Virus record (IMG/VR): IMGVR_UViG_3300012942_000118
Span: 1 to 27,441 of that record
Direction: 5' to 3' (one strand)
Length of the DNA: 27,441 nt
From: a virus
Lineage: Duplodnaviria > Caudoviricetes
Positions 1 to 7,862 of this stretch are shown here, piece by piece (the stretch's first letter is position 1; each line of letters starts with the position of its first letter). The notes beneath the pieces were generated by a model. That model worked only from the letters and a program-made list of their open reading frames with translations. It was not told the DNA's origin and ran no database searches. Made by a program: the position numbers and the translations under genes.

Positions 1-2
1 CC

Positions 3-194
3 TGCGACCACCGCGGGGATCACTTCCAATACCACTCGGACACAACCCTGCCGATCCATTGCGGCGGATGCCACCGAGTGTTGGTCGAGCATCCTGACAA
101 GCGGGTCGACGTGTCGCAAGGCTCCGGGTTCGACCTCGACGCGCTCGCAACCGCGGTCGCCAACAAGCTCGCATCACGTAAGGACTTGTCATGA
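3..194 (+). CDS. Partial (5'-truncated) small hypothetical protein with CxxC motif
   Basis: Open frame from the window edge (CDHRGDHF...IHCGGCHRVL...RKDLS*); its TGA overlaps the next ATG (ATGA at 191-194). Confidence 0.65.
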   Translation, partial: CDHRGDHFQYHSDTTLPIHCGGCHRVLVEHPDKRVDVSQGSGFDLDALATAVANKLASRKDLS

Positions 195-505
195 AGGCTT
201 CAATTGGACGTATCGTCCGCTACCCGCTCACGCTGGCTGACGCCGAGCGGATCAACAAGCGCCGCGAGGATGCGTCGCACTCCGGTCTGGCGCAGGTCAA
301 TACGGGCGCTCAGCTGCATGTCGGCAACAAGGCTGAAGAAGGCCAGTTCTACCCGCTGCTCATCACGCGCGTCTGGAGCGAGGACCTGGTCAATGGTCAG
401 GTGTTCCTTGACGGCAACGACACGCTCTGGGTGACGAGCTCGCACCAGGCACCTGCGGGCGAAGCAGAGCGGCCCGGCTTCTGGTCCGAGCCGCCGCGCG
501 TGTAG
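191..505 (+). CDS. Conserved phage hypothetical protein
   Basis: SIGRIVRY...PLLITRVW...VNGQVFLDG...W..PPRV pattern typical of a small phage family; AAGGA RBS upstream. Confidence 0.8.
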   Translation: MKASIGRIVRYPLTLADAERINKRREDASHSGLAQVNTGAQLHVGNKAEEGQFYPLLITRVWSEDLVNGQVFLDGNDTLWVTSSHQAPAGEAERPGFWSEPPRV

Positions 506-512
506 GCACCCC

Positions 513-782
513 GTGGCCGAGCCTCAGGAGAGCATCCAACGCGTCGCAACCCTCTCCATCACCCGAGAGCAAGAGCAAGCCATCCTAGACGAACTGGGGC
601 TCACCGCCGCCGACGCAGTCGACCGCATCGAAGTCGACTCCGACTGGGTGAGGGTGACAACGCTCAAGCGTTCACTCGACCACGCAAACGGACTACTCAA
701 AGCACTCGGCCTCACAAGCCGACGCGACATCGAAGGCATCGTCATCGAGACCGGTAAGGCCACGGTCACGAGCATCGCCTAA
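513..782 (+). CDS. Hypothetical protein
   Basis: 89-aa ORF filling the gap between neighbouring + strand genes. Confidence 0.65.
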   Translation: MAEPQESIQRVATLSITREQEQAILDELGLTAADAVDRIEVDSDWVRVTTLKRSLDHANGLLKALGLTSRRDIEGIVIETGKATVTSIA

Positions 783-817
783 CTTCTACCCGAAGTAGAA
801 CTAAGGACCGAACACCC

Positions 818-1300
818 ATGACCAATCGAACGCGGAACCGCGATGGCGAGTTCGAGTCGGGCGTGGATGACGCTGAGGCTGCTGCTGAGGCGGCACGCTT
901 CCGCGCGATCGGCTTGACGTATCGGCAGATCGCTGACCGCCAGGGGGTGTCGCAGTCGACGGCGTATGAGCGTGTGAAGCGTGCTCTGGCGGCTGTACCT
1001 GTTGAGGCGGTTCGTGAACTGCGTCAGGTGGAGTTGGAACGCCTTGACCGGCTGGTGTCGAAGGCGTGGCAGGTGTTGGAGGACACGCACCCGTATGTGA
1101 CGCGTGACGGGAAGGTGCTCGAAGAGCTGGAGGACGCCGGGCCTGTACTGCAGGCGATCAACACGTTGCAGAAGCTGTCGGAGTCGCGGCGGAAGCTGCT
1201 CGGGCTCGACGCGCCGACGCGCACGGAGATCACTGTCACCGATCAGATGACCGCGGAGATTGAACGTTTGGCTGCCGAGCTGGGTGTGGAGGTTTCGTAG
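818..1300 (+). CDS. terS: Terminase small subunit (HTH)
   Basis: N-terminal HTH (GLTYRQIADRQGVSQSTAYERV), RRKLLGLDAP motif, directly upstream of TerL; AAGGA RBS. Confidence 0.85.
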   Translation: MTNRTRNRDGEFESGVDDAEAAAEAARFRAIGLTYRQIADRQGVSQSTAYERVKRALAAVPVEAVRELRQVELERLDRLVSKAWQVLEDTHPYVTRDGKVLEELEDAGPVLQAINTLQKLSESRRKLLGLDAPTRTEITVTDQMTAEIERLAAELGVEVS

Positions 1301-1309
1301 GAGGCTTCG

Positions 1310-2914
1310 ATGGTGCGTCTGCCGGAAGGGTGGCGGGACGACGCGAAGGCTCAGGAGCTGATTCTCGCTGAACTGCGTAAAGCGCATGAGGCGAAGTTCG
1401 GCCGGGGTACGAAGTATGCGACGCCGGGCGAGTTGGCGAGGGCGTTCGACCCGCGCACGAAGCAGACGCCGGCGTTGGATCTGATCGACGCGGAACTGGT
1501 TCGGGCGTTCAACACTCCGGATGCCAGGCTGATCATCTCGATGCCGCCGCAGGAGGGCAAGTCCACCCGTGTGGGCGTGTGGTTCCCGTTGTGGGTGCTG
1601 TCTCAGAAACCGGACACGCGCATTGTGATGACGTCGTTCTCCGACCGTCTCGCGCGCCGCAACTCCCGCAACGTGCGGTCGCAGGTGCGCACGAACGGCG
1701 CCCAGCTTGGCATCTCCATGTCGCAGGAGATTGCGAACCAGCATGAGTGGCGGCTCGCTGACCGTGAGGGCGGCATCTTCGCCACGCCGGTTGGTGGCGA
1801 GCTGACCGGTCAGCCCGCGGACCTGCTGCTGATCGACGACCCGCACAAGGGCGCGAAAGAGGCTGAGTCTGAGATTCAACGCGACGACGTGTGGGAGTGG
1901 TGGCAGTCCACCGCCTCGGCTCGTCTCGCACCTGGCGCGCCAGTCATCCTGATTCTGACCCGGTGGCATGAGGATGACCTCGCCGGCCGGTTCCTTTCGG
2001 GTGAGGACGCTCACCGTTGGCGTGTGGTGAACATTCCCGCCCGGGCGGACCATGACCCGAACAAAGGCCAGACGGATCCGCTGGGCCGTGAACCTGGGCA
2101 ATGGTTGCAGTCCGCTCGTGGCCGCACGGATGGGCAGTGGCGCAGCATTGAGGTGCAGGTCGGCTCCCGCGTGTTCAACGCCCTGTATCAGGGTCGCCCG
2201 TCACCTGATTCCGGTGACGTGTGGAAACGGCAGTGGTGGCGCAGATACGACACCCCGTTGTGGTCTGATGCTGGCGACGGGAAGTCGTGGAATGCGGCCG
2301 TTGACGAACTGCTGATCTCCGGCGACCTCACCTTCAAAGACACCAAGTCGTCTGACTTCGTCGTGTTGCAGGTGTGGGGCAAGAAAGGCGCGAACGCGTA
2401 CCTGCTGGATCAGATCCACAAGCGCATGTCGTTCACGGAAACCTTGAAAGCGTTCACCGACCTGTGCGCGAAGTGGCCCGGCGCGACCGCGAAGCTCATC
2501 GAGGACAAAGCGAACGGCACCGCTGTCATCGACACGTTGAAACAGCGCATCCCGGGCATCATCGCGATCAACCCGACCGAGTCGAAGTACGCCCGAGCGA
2601 GCGCCGTCGCGCCGTTCATCGAAGCGGGCAACGTGTGGCTACCCACCAACGCCATCGCCATGTTCGACGTTGACGGGCTGATCGACGAAGCGGCCGGATT
2701 CCCGAACGCCGCACACGACGACCAGGTCGACGGCGCATCACAGGCCTTGAGCCGCATGTTCGTGCGCACGGGTCAGGGGTCCGCGTTCCTGGCGTACATG
2801 AAACGCGACCTCGAATCCCGGGGAATCCAACCAAACGAAGGGGGCGTCAATGCCGCAGCCGCTGCCGCTGGTCGACCGGTTCGGCAACCCCCTTACCGCA
2901 ACCTCAGCCCCTAA
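1310..2914 (+). CDS. terL: Terminase large subunit
   Basis: Walker A MPPQEGKST, Walker B LLLIDDP, TRWHEDDLAG, IEDKANG, nuclease HDDQVD; AGGAGG RBS. Confidence 0.97.
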   Translation: MVRLPEGWRDDAKAQELILAELRKAHEAKFGRGTKYATPGELARAFDPRTKQTPALDLIDAELVRAFNTPDARLIISMPPQEGKSTRVGVWFPLWVLSQKPDTRIVMTSFSDRLARRNSRNVRSQVRTNGAQLGISMSQEIANQHEWRLADREGGIFATPVGGELTGQPADLLLIDDPHKGAKEAESEIQRDDVWEWWQSTASARLAPGAPVILILTRWHEDDLAGRFLSGEDAHRWRVVNIPARADHDPNKGQTDPLGREPGQWLQSARGRTDGQWRSIEVQVGSRVFNALYQGRPSPDSGDVWKRQWWRRYDTPLWSDAGDGKSWNAAVDELLISGDLTFKDTKSSDFVVLQVWGKKGANAYLLDQIHKRMSFTETLKAFTDLCAKWPGATAKLIEDKANGTAVIDTLKQRIPGIIAINPTESKYARASAVAPFIEAGNVWLPTNAIAMFDVDGLIDEAAGFPNAAHDDQVDGASQALSRMFVRTGQGSAFLAYMKRDLESRGIQPNEGGVNAAAAAAGRPVRQPPYRNLSP

Positions 2915-5519
2915 AACCCCCACTGCGATCGAGCAGGCGATGGGCGCTCAGGGCATGAACCTGACCGGGAACCTGGGCCCGGGACGGCCGATCAACCCCG
3001 CCATGGGGTATTCGATCACACCGCGCGCAATGGATTACCCCACCGGGGTGAACCAGAACATTCAGGGTCGCACCGCCTGGGGGCGCACCTCGTATGACAC
3101 GTTGCGCGGCATCATCGACGCGTACGACGTGGCACGCATGTGCATCAACCACAAGATCGACGAACTCAGGTCCATGGAACCCCTGTTCGTCGCCGCGGAC
3201 GGCGTGTCGGGTGACGTGGACGGGGCGATCGACGCCGCGAGGACGGCGCTCGAGTTCCCCGACCGGCAGACCCCGTGGGACGGGTGGTTGTCCCTGTGGT
3301 TGGAGAACGTGCTCCGGTACGACGCCGGCCCGTTGTACCGTCGCCGGAACCTTGACGGTGACGTGATCGGCCTGGAAGTGCTCGACGGCACCACCATCGT
3401 CCCGTACGTGGACGACAACGGCCGCCGCCCCACCGCGCCCGCACCCGCGTTCGCGCAGAACATCAAGGGCATGCCGTGGGTGTTCTACACCAACCAGGAC
3501 CTCATCTACACGATGTTCCGCCCGCAACCGAACTCGCCGTTCGGTCTGGCACCCATCGAGTCCGTGCTCCTTTCGGTGAACACGGACCTCAGGTTCCAGA
3601 AGCATTTCCTGGAACTGTTCACTGACGGCACCGTCCCCAACGGGCTCATGCAACTGCCCCCTGACACGTCCACCCCGGACCAGGTGGAGCAGTGGCAGAA
3701 GTACTGGGACGCGTTCATGGCCGGGGATCAGACGATCCTGCACCGCATCGTCATGGTGCCCGCCGGATCCACGTTGACGCAGACGAAACCGGAGACGTTC
3801 GACCCGACGTTCCCGCACTACCTCATGACCAGGGTCGCCGCCGCCTATGGTGTGGTCCCGCAGGACCTCGGCCTCATTGAGGACGTGAACCGGTCGAACG
3901 GGGAGACGCAGGTCGACGTGCAGTTCCGCGTCAACACGCTCCCGTGGGTCAGGTTTGTGGAACGCACGATCACGAGGTATTTGCAGAAGGATCTTGGCCT
4001 TCCGGTCAAGCTGTCCCTCGACACTGGCCGTGACAAGGAAGACCGGTTGGCGGAGGCGCAAACCTGGGCGATCTACGTGCAGAACGCTGCCGTGTCGCCG
4101 GACGAGATGCGTGAAGAGCTGCTGGGCTTGCCGGTGGACAACGAGCGGAAGATTCCCCGCGGGTTCGTCACCGGGAAGACCGGGTTCGTGCCGTTGGTGG
4201 ACGTGTTCAACGTGTCTGGGCCGATCGACCCGGAGACGCTCGCGCCGGTGGACGACGAACCGTTGCCGCTCACCCATCATCAGCCGGTGGCTGGTGTGGT
4301 GCCGGAGAAGGATGTGACGACGGGTCAGATTTTGGCCGCACCGTTGGATCCGGACGAGCCGGAGTTCCCTGGGTTGGAGAAGCCGGTTCCCGGGTCGGGC
4401 ATCCTCGTGCCTCCGTCTGCGCCTGCCGCGAAAGAGGCATCCGCTGGGGTGACTTCTGCGACCGGCATCACCGGCGACCCGACCGCACCCGTCGAGGACG
4501 AGGACGACGACGAGAAGACGGAGTTGGTGAAGTTCCGCCGGTTCGTGAAGGCCCGCAAGGTTCGCGGCGTGTGGCGTGACTTCCAGTTCGAAGTCATCCC
4601 CGCCGATGTCGCGAAGCTGCTCAACGCGGGCGCGCGGGCGGAGCTTGAAGGTGATGCATACCCAAAAGCTGAGCCCGTCACCAAAGGGTGGCGGGACACG
4701 CCAGCGAAAACCCCGCAGCTGAACTATGACCTGCGGATCACCGACGCGCACCAGCCCGCTTTGGCGGACGCGCTCAAGGCGTGGGTGAAGAGTCTCGACA
4801 TCAAGTCGGCTGTCCAAGCGGCATCGAAGGTCCGCAAGGACGGAGCGGGCAACGACACGACCGCTGAGACGGCTTCTAACGCGTCGGCAAGCGCAGACGA
4901 TGCAGCCGCATCCTCGGCTGCGGTCAACTCGCTGAACGCCAACGAGCCGTCGCTGGACGACCTGCAACGCATCCTGCAGCAGATCCGCACCGACGGGTGG
5001 GCTGCGGGCGCGCACGCCGCTAGCGAGCAGGTGCCCGACGCGGAAATCCCGATGCCAATCGCCGCGATCGACTGGGACACGTGGAAGCCCGGCGACACCG
5101 ACGCGTCCGCGCTCATGTCCGATGGCGGGTTCGCGAACCTGCTCGACCAGGAAGGCATCACCCTCAAGGGCATCACCGACACGCTCGTGGGCGAGATCGG
5201 CAACCAGATCGCTGACGGCCTCGACAAAGGTCTCGGCTCGGATGCTATCGCCCGCAATGTCGAGACCGCGTTGGGTGATCAGATCACCGCCTACCGGGCG
5301 GAGATGATCGCGCACACCGAAACCGCCCGAGCCGTCACCACCGCGTCCCTGCAACAGTACGACGCCGCGGGGATCACCCAGTTCGACCTGATCGTCAGCG
5401 ATAACGCCTGCGACATCTGCGTGGCCGCTGAGGCGGACAACCCGCACGACCTTGACGATGACGCACCACCCTTGCACCCCCGGTGCCGTTGCTCGTCCGC
5501 ACCCCACGTGGAGATCTGA
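2850..5519 (+). CDS. Portal protein fused to C-terminal MuF (Mu gpF/SPP1 gp7-like) minor head domain
   Basis: Portal motifs (LEVLDGTTI, SPFGLAPIE, F.DGTVPNG, VAAAYGVVPQDLG) then a linker and MuF motifs (RAEMIAHTETARA, CDIC, PPLHPRCRC). Confidence 0.92.
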   Translation: MPQPLPLVDRFGNPLTATSAPKTPTAIEQAMGAQGMNLTGNLGPGRPINPAMGYSITPRAMDYPTGVNQNIQGRTAWGRTSYDTLRGIIDAYDVARMCINHKIDELRSMEPLFVAADGVSGDVDGAIDAARTALEFPDRQTPWDGWLSLWLENVLRYDAGPLYRRRNLDGDVIGLEVLDGTTIVPYVDDNGRRPTAPAPAFAQNIKGMPWVFYTNQDLIYTMFRPQPNSPFGLAPIESVLLSVNTDLRFQKHFLELFTDGTVPNGLMQLPPDTSTPDQVEQWQKYWDAFMAGDQTILHRIVMVPAGSTLTQTKPETFDPTFPHYLMTRVAAAYGVVPQDLGLIEDVNRSNGETQVDVQFRVNTLPWVRFVERTITRYLQKDLGLPVKLSLDTGRDKEDRLAEAQTWAIYVQNAAVSPDEMREELLGLPVDNERKIPRGFVTGKTGFVPLVDVFNVSGPIDPETLAPVDDEPLPLTHHQPVAGVVPEKDVTTGQILAAPLDPDEPEFPGLEKPVPGSGILVPPSAPAAKEASAGVTSATGITGDPTAPVEDEDDDEKTELVKFRRFVKARKVRGVWRDFQFEVIPADVAKLLNAGARAELEGDAYPKAEPVTKGWRDTPAKTPQLNYDLRITDAHQPALADALKAWVKSLDIKSAVQAASKVRKDGAGNDTTAETASNASASADDAAASSAAVNSLNANEPSLDDLQRILQQIRTDGWAAGAHAASEQVPDAEIPMPIAAIDWDTWKPGDTDASALMSDGGFANLLDQEGITLKGITDTLVGEIGNQIADGLDKGLGSDAIARNVETALGDQITAYRAEMIAHTETARAVTTASLQQYDAAGITQFDLIVSDNACDICVAAEADNPHDLDDDAPPLHPRCRCSSAPHVEI
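4649..4695 (+). promoter_or_regulatory. Putative -1 programmed ribosomal frameshift signal in portal-MuF gene
   Basis: SD-like AGGTGAT 4649-4655; in-phase C_CCA_AAA 4661-4667; -1 frame TGA 4670-4672; 9-bp stem-loop 4674-4695. Confidence 0.7.
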
Positions 5520-5707
5520 TGATTCGCATCTGGGTCAACGACTGCGAGGTGTGGACCGACCGCAACCAGAGGGTCAGCGCGGATTTCATCCGGTCGTTGG
5601 CGGGGCGTCAGGGCCGCGTGTTCTGGCTCCCCGCCGACGCCGACCCGGTTGAGGTGGACGGCGACTGTTATCTCGAACACGACTGCCGATTGGGGGTCTC
5701 CGCATGA
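5519..5707 (+). CDS. Small hypothetical protein (62 aa), possibly beta-grasp/multi-ubiquitin-like
   Basis: ATG overlaps the portal-MuF stop (TGATG) and its stop overlaps the next start (ATGA); IRIWVND.EV...VSADFIRSLAG pattern. Confidence 0.7.
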   Translation: MIRIWVNDCEVWTDRNQRVSADFIRSLAGRQGRVFWLPADADPVEVDGDCYLEHDCRLGVSA

Positions 5708-6072
5708 CCGAGCAACGCTACGTTTTGGGCGTCGCGTACGCGCCCGGCCCGGACCCGCTGATCAAACGCGGCGCGGACGGGTTCATCGACACCGTGGACC
5801 CCGACGATCTCGAACTCGCCGCATGGCAGTTCATGAAAGGCGACCGGCGTATCGGCCTGAACCACTCAGGAGACGACTTCGGACACGCCGAAGTAGTCGA
5901 GTCGTACGTGTGGAGAGGTCCCGCGTGGGAGCTACCGGACGGGCAGATCGTCAAGTCCGGCACGTGGATGCTCGGCGCGATCGTCGACGAACCCACGTGG
6001 GCGCTCATCAAGTCCGGTCAGATCACCGGTTGGTCCTTTGAAGGTTCCGGCCGTCGAGTCAAGGAGTCGTAG
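5704..6072 (+). CDS. XkdF-like putative prohead serine protease (core)
   Basis: EQRYVLGVAYAP, LELAAWQF, GLNH, EVVESY, SGTWMLG, W..IKSGQITGWSFEG motifs. Confidence 0.88.
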   Translation: MTEQRYVLGVAYAPGPDPLIKRGADGFIDTVDPDDLELAAWQFMKGDRRIGLNHSGDDFGHAEVVESYVWRGPAWELPDGQIVKSGTWMLGAIVDEPTWALIKSGQITGWSFEGSGRRVKES

Positions 6073-7796
6073 TGCCGAACCTCAAGGACCTCATCGACCC
6101 GGATCAGGTCACCAAGCTGAAAGACCTCGAGATCACGAACGTTGACCTTGTGGGTCAGGCCGCCAATGGGCGCAGGTTCGCGCTCATGAAGTCGGAAAGC
6201 GACGCGGGCATGTTCACCCCAGCCGACGTGAAAGCCATGGCCGACCGTGCGAGGGCGGCGAAAGCCGACCATGACACCGCCGACCGGAAACACGACGCGA
6301 AGACCGGCGCGGCCATGTCAGACGGCTCCTACCCCATCGAGAACAAAGCCGACCTGGACAACGCGATCCACGCTGTCGGCCGTGGCAACGCCGACCATGA
6401 CGCGATCCGCCGCCACATCATCACCCGCGCCAAGTCGTTGGGTGCTTCATCCGAGATACCCGACAACTGGAACAGCGACGGTTCGCTGAAGAAGGAGGCC
6501 CTTGTGGCAGACCAGGAGCAGCCCGTCGCGAAGGACGAGCTTGACCCGACCGACGTCGACCTGACCGAGGCGACGGTCGGTGACGACCCGACCGACCCGG
6601 AACTGAACGAACCCGGTTCGCCTGACTGGGAGCGTGTTGACGCGGAGTCGGCTGGCAAGTGGATTCAGGTTCTCGGGTGGGCGAAGCACGCCCTGGACGA
6701 GCTGGCCGGCCGCGAGGACGTCGAGTCGGTGACCGCTGACCCAGACGACGCGGAGAACGCGTGGAACCTGCAGGACGCCGGGTGCGCGATCGATTACGCC
6801 ATCGGGATCTTGGCCCAGTACAAGGTCAGTGAGATCGCTGAGGCGGAGATCGGTGACGAACTCGCCAAGCAAGTCTCTGACATCGCGAAGGCGTTCGCCG
6901 GATTCAACCCCGACGTTCTGCCGATCGTCGACGGTTTCACTGCAGTCCGCAAGGCCGGCCGTGTGCTGTCGAAGGCGAACGAGCAGGCGTTGAACAACGC
7001 GATCGCGGAGATCCAGAAGGTTCTCGCGTCCCTGCCTGCCGCACCCGACGATGCGGCGAAGGCGACCCAGTCCGGTGACCCGGAACCCGACAACGCGTCT
7101 GAGGCTGTCGACGCTGACCCTGACATCCCTGAGGAGGGCGATGTGAGCACCACCCAGAAGGCGGCGTCCGACCTGTCGGGCCTGTCCATCAGCGACCTGA
7201 CCCGTCAGGCGCTCACCGGTTCGCAGTCGGAGCGCAACGCCGCCCTGATGGAGCTTGGTCTGCGTTCCCTGTCGGGTAACGCCACGCCGTCGACTGACGA
7301 CGCTGACACCGCCTCGGATGACACCAGCGACGCGACGGACGACAGCACGGACGACACCTCGGACGCAACCGACACGCCCGACGCTTCCGCTGACTCGACC
7401 GATGACGCGGCCACGATCCCCGGCACGGACACCGTCCAGTCGCCGGCCCCCGACACCACGTCGGATGAAGACGTCACCAAGGGCTTCGCGGCCCAGATCC
7501 AGAAGCTCGAAGAGGTACTCACACCGCTCGCGGAGAAGGTCGGCGTCGCAGCCGACCTTGCGGACGTTGTCAAGGGCCTGCAGGAGCGTGTGGAGCGCAT
7601 CGCGAAGATGCCCGACGACCGCAACAGCCCGAAGCTGTTCGGCGCAACCGGCCCGGGCCCCGTAACCCGCGACGGCAGTGCTGACGAACTCGCGCCGCTG
7701 CGCAAGGCCGTCGAAGACGCCCCCACCGCGGAGGCCCGCAAGAACGCCCAGCAGGCGCTCCTGCACGCCACCGTCAAGGCACGCTTCACCGCCTAA
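6072..7796 (+). CDS. Capsid maturation/scaffold protein (N-terminal protease-like strand, DGSYPI domain, acidic scaffold)
   Basis: LKDLEITNVDLVGQAAN..FALMKS; AMSDGSYPI...HIITRAKSLG...IPDNW domain; acidic low-complexity and coiled C-terminus; lies before capsid gene. Confidence 0.8.
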   Translation: MPNLKDLIDPDQVTKLKDLEITNVDLVGQAANGRRFALMKSESDAGMFTPADVKAMADRARAAKADHDTADRKHDAKTGAAMSDGSYPIENKADLDNAIHAVGRGNADHDAIRRHIITRAKSLGASSEIPDNWNSDGSLKKEALVADQEQPVAKDELDPTDVDLTEATVGDDPTDPELNEPGSPDWERVDAESAGKWIQVLGWAKHALDELAGREDVESVTADPDDAENAWNLQDAGCAIDYAIGILAQYKVSEIAEAEIGDELAKQVSDIAKAFAGFNPDVLPIVDGFTAVRKAGRVLSKANEQALNNAIAEIQKVLASLPAAPDDAAKATQSGDPEPDNASEAVDADPDIPEEGDVSTTQKAASDLSGLSISDLTRQALTGSQSERNAALMELGLRSLSGNATPSTDDADTASDDTSDATDDSTDDTSDATDTPDASADSTDDAATIPGTDTVQSPAPDTTSDEDVTKGFAAQIQKLEEVLTPLAEKVGVAADLADVVKGLQERVERIAKMPDDRNSPKLFGATGPGPVTRDGSADELAPLRKAVEDAPTAEARKNAQQALLHATVKARFTA

Positions 7797-7814
7797 CCCC
7801 ACCACTCCACTTCG

Positions 7815-7842
7815 AAGCCACCCCCTACCGGGTGGCTTTTTT
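7815..7842 (+). terminator. Intrinsic terminator-like hairpin before capsid gene
   Basis: AAGCCACCC-cctacc-GGGTGGCTT followed by T-run. Confidence 0.7.
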
Positions 7843-7862
7843 CATGCCCCGAAGGAGCATCC

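Noticed and set aside
2904-5507. 867-aa reverse-strand ORF (also 779-2101, 6447-7805, 23580-25304 and similar)
   Set aside because: Antisense shadows of well-supported + strand genes; expected with high-GC codon bias; no recognisable motifs
4960-5519. MuF polymorphic toxin
   Set aside because: ORF stops a few residues after HPRCRC; no toxin extension
7290-7470. GACGAC/GACACC-rich quasi-repeats resembling an array
   Set aside because: In-frame D/T/S/A low-complexity linker of the scaffold; no constant repeat-spacer structure
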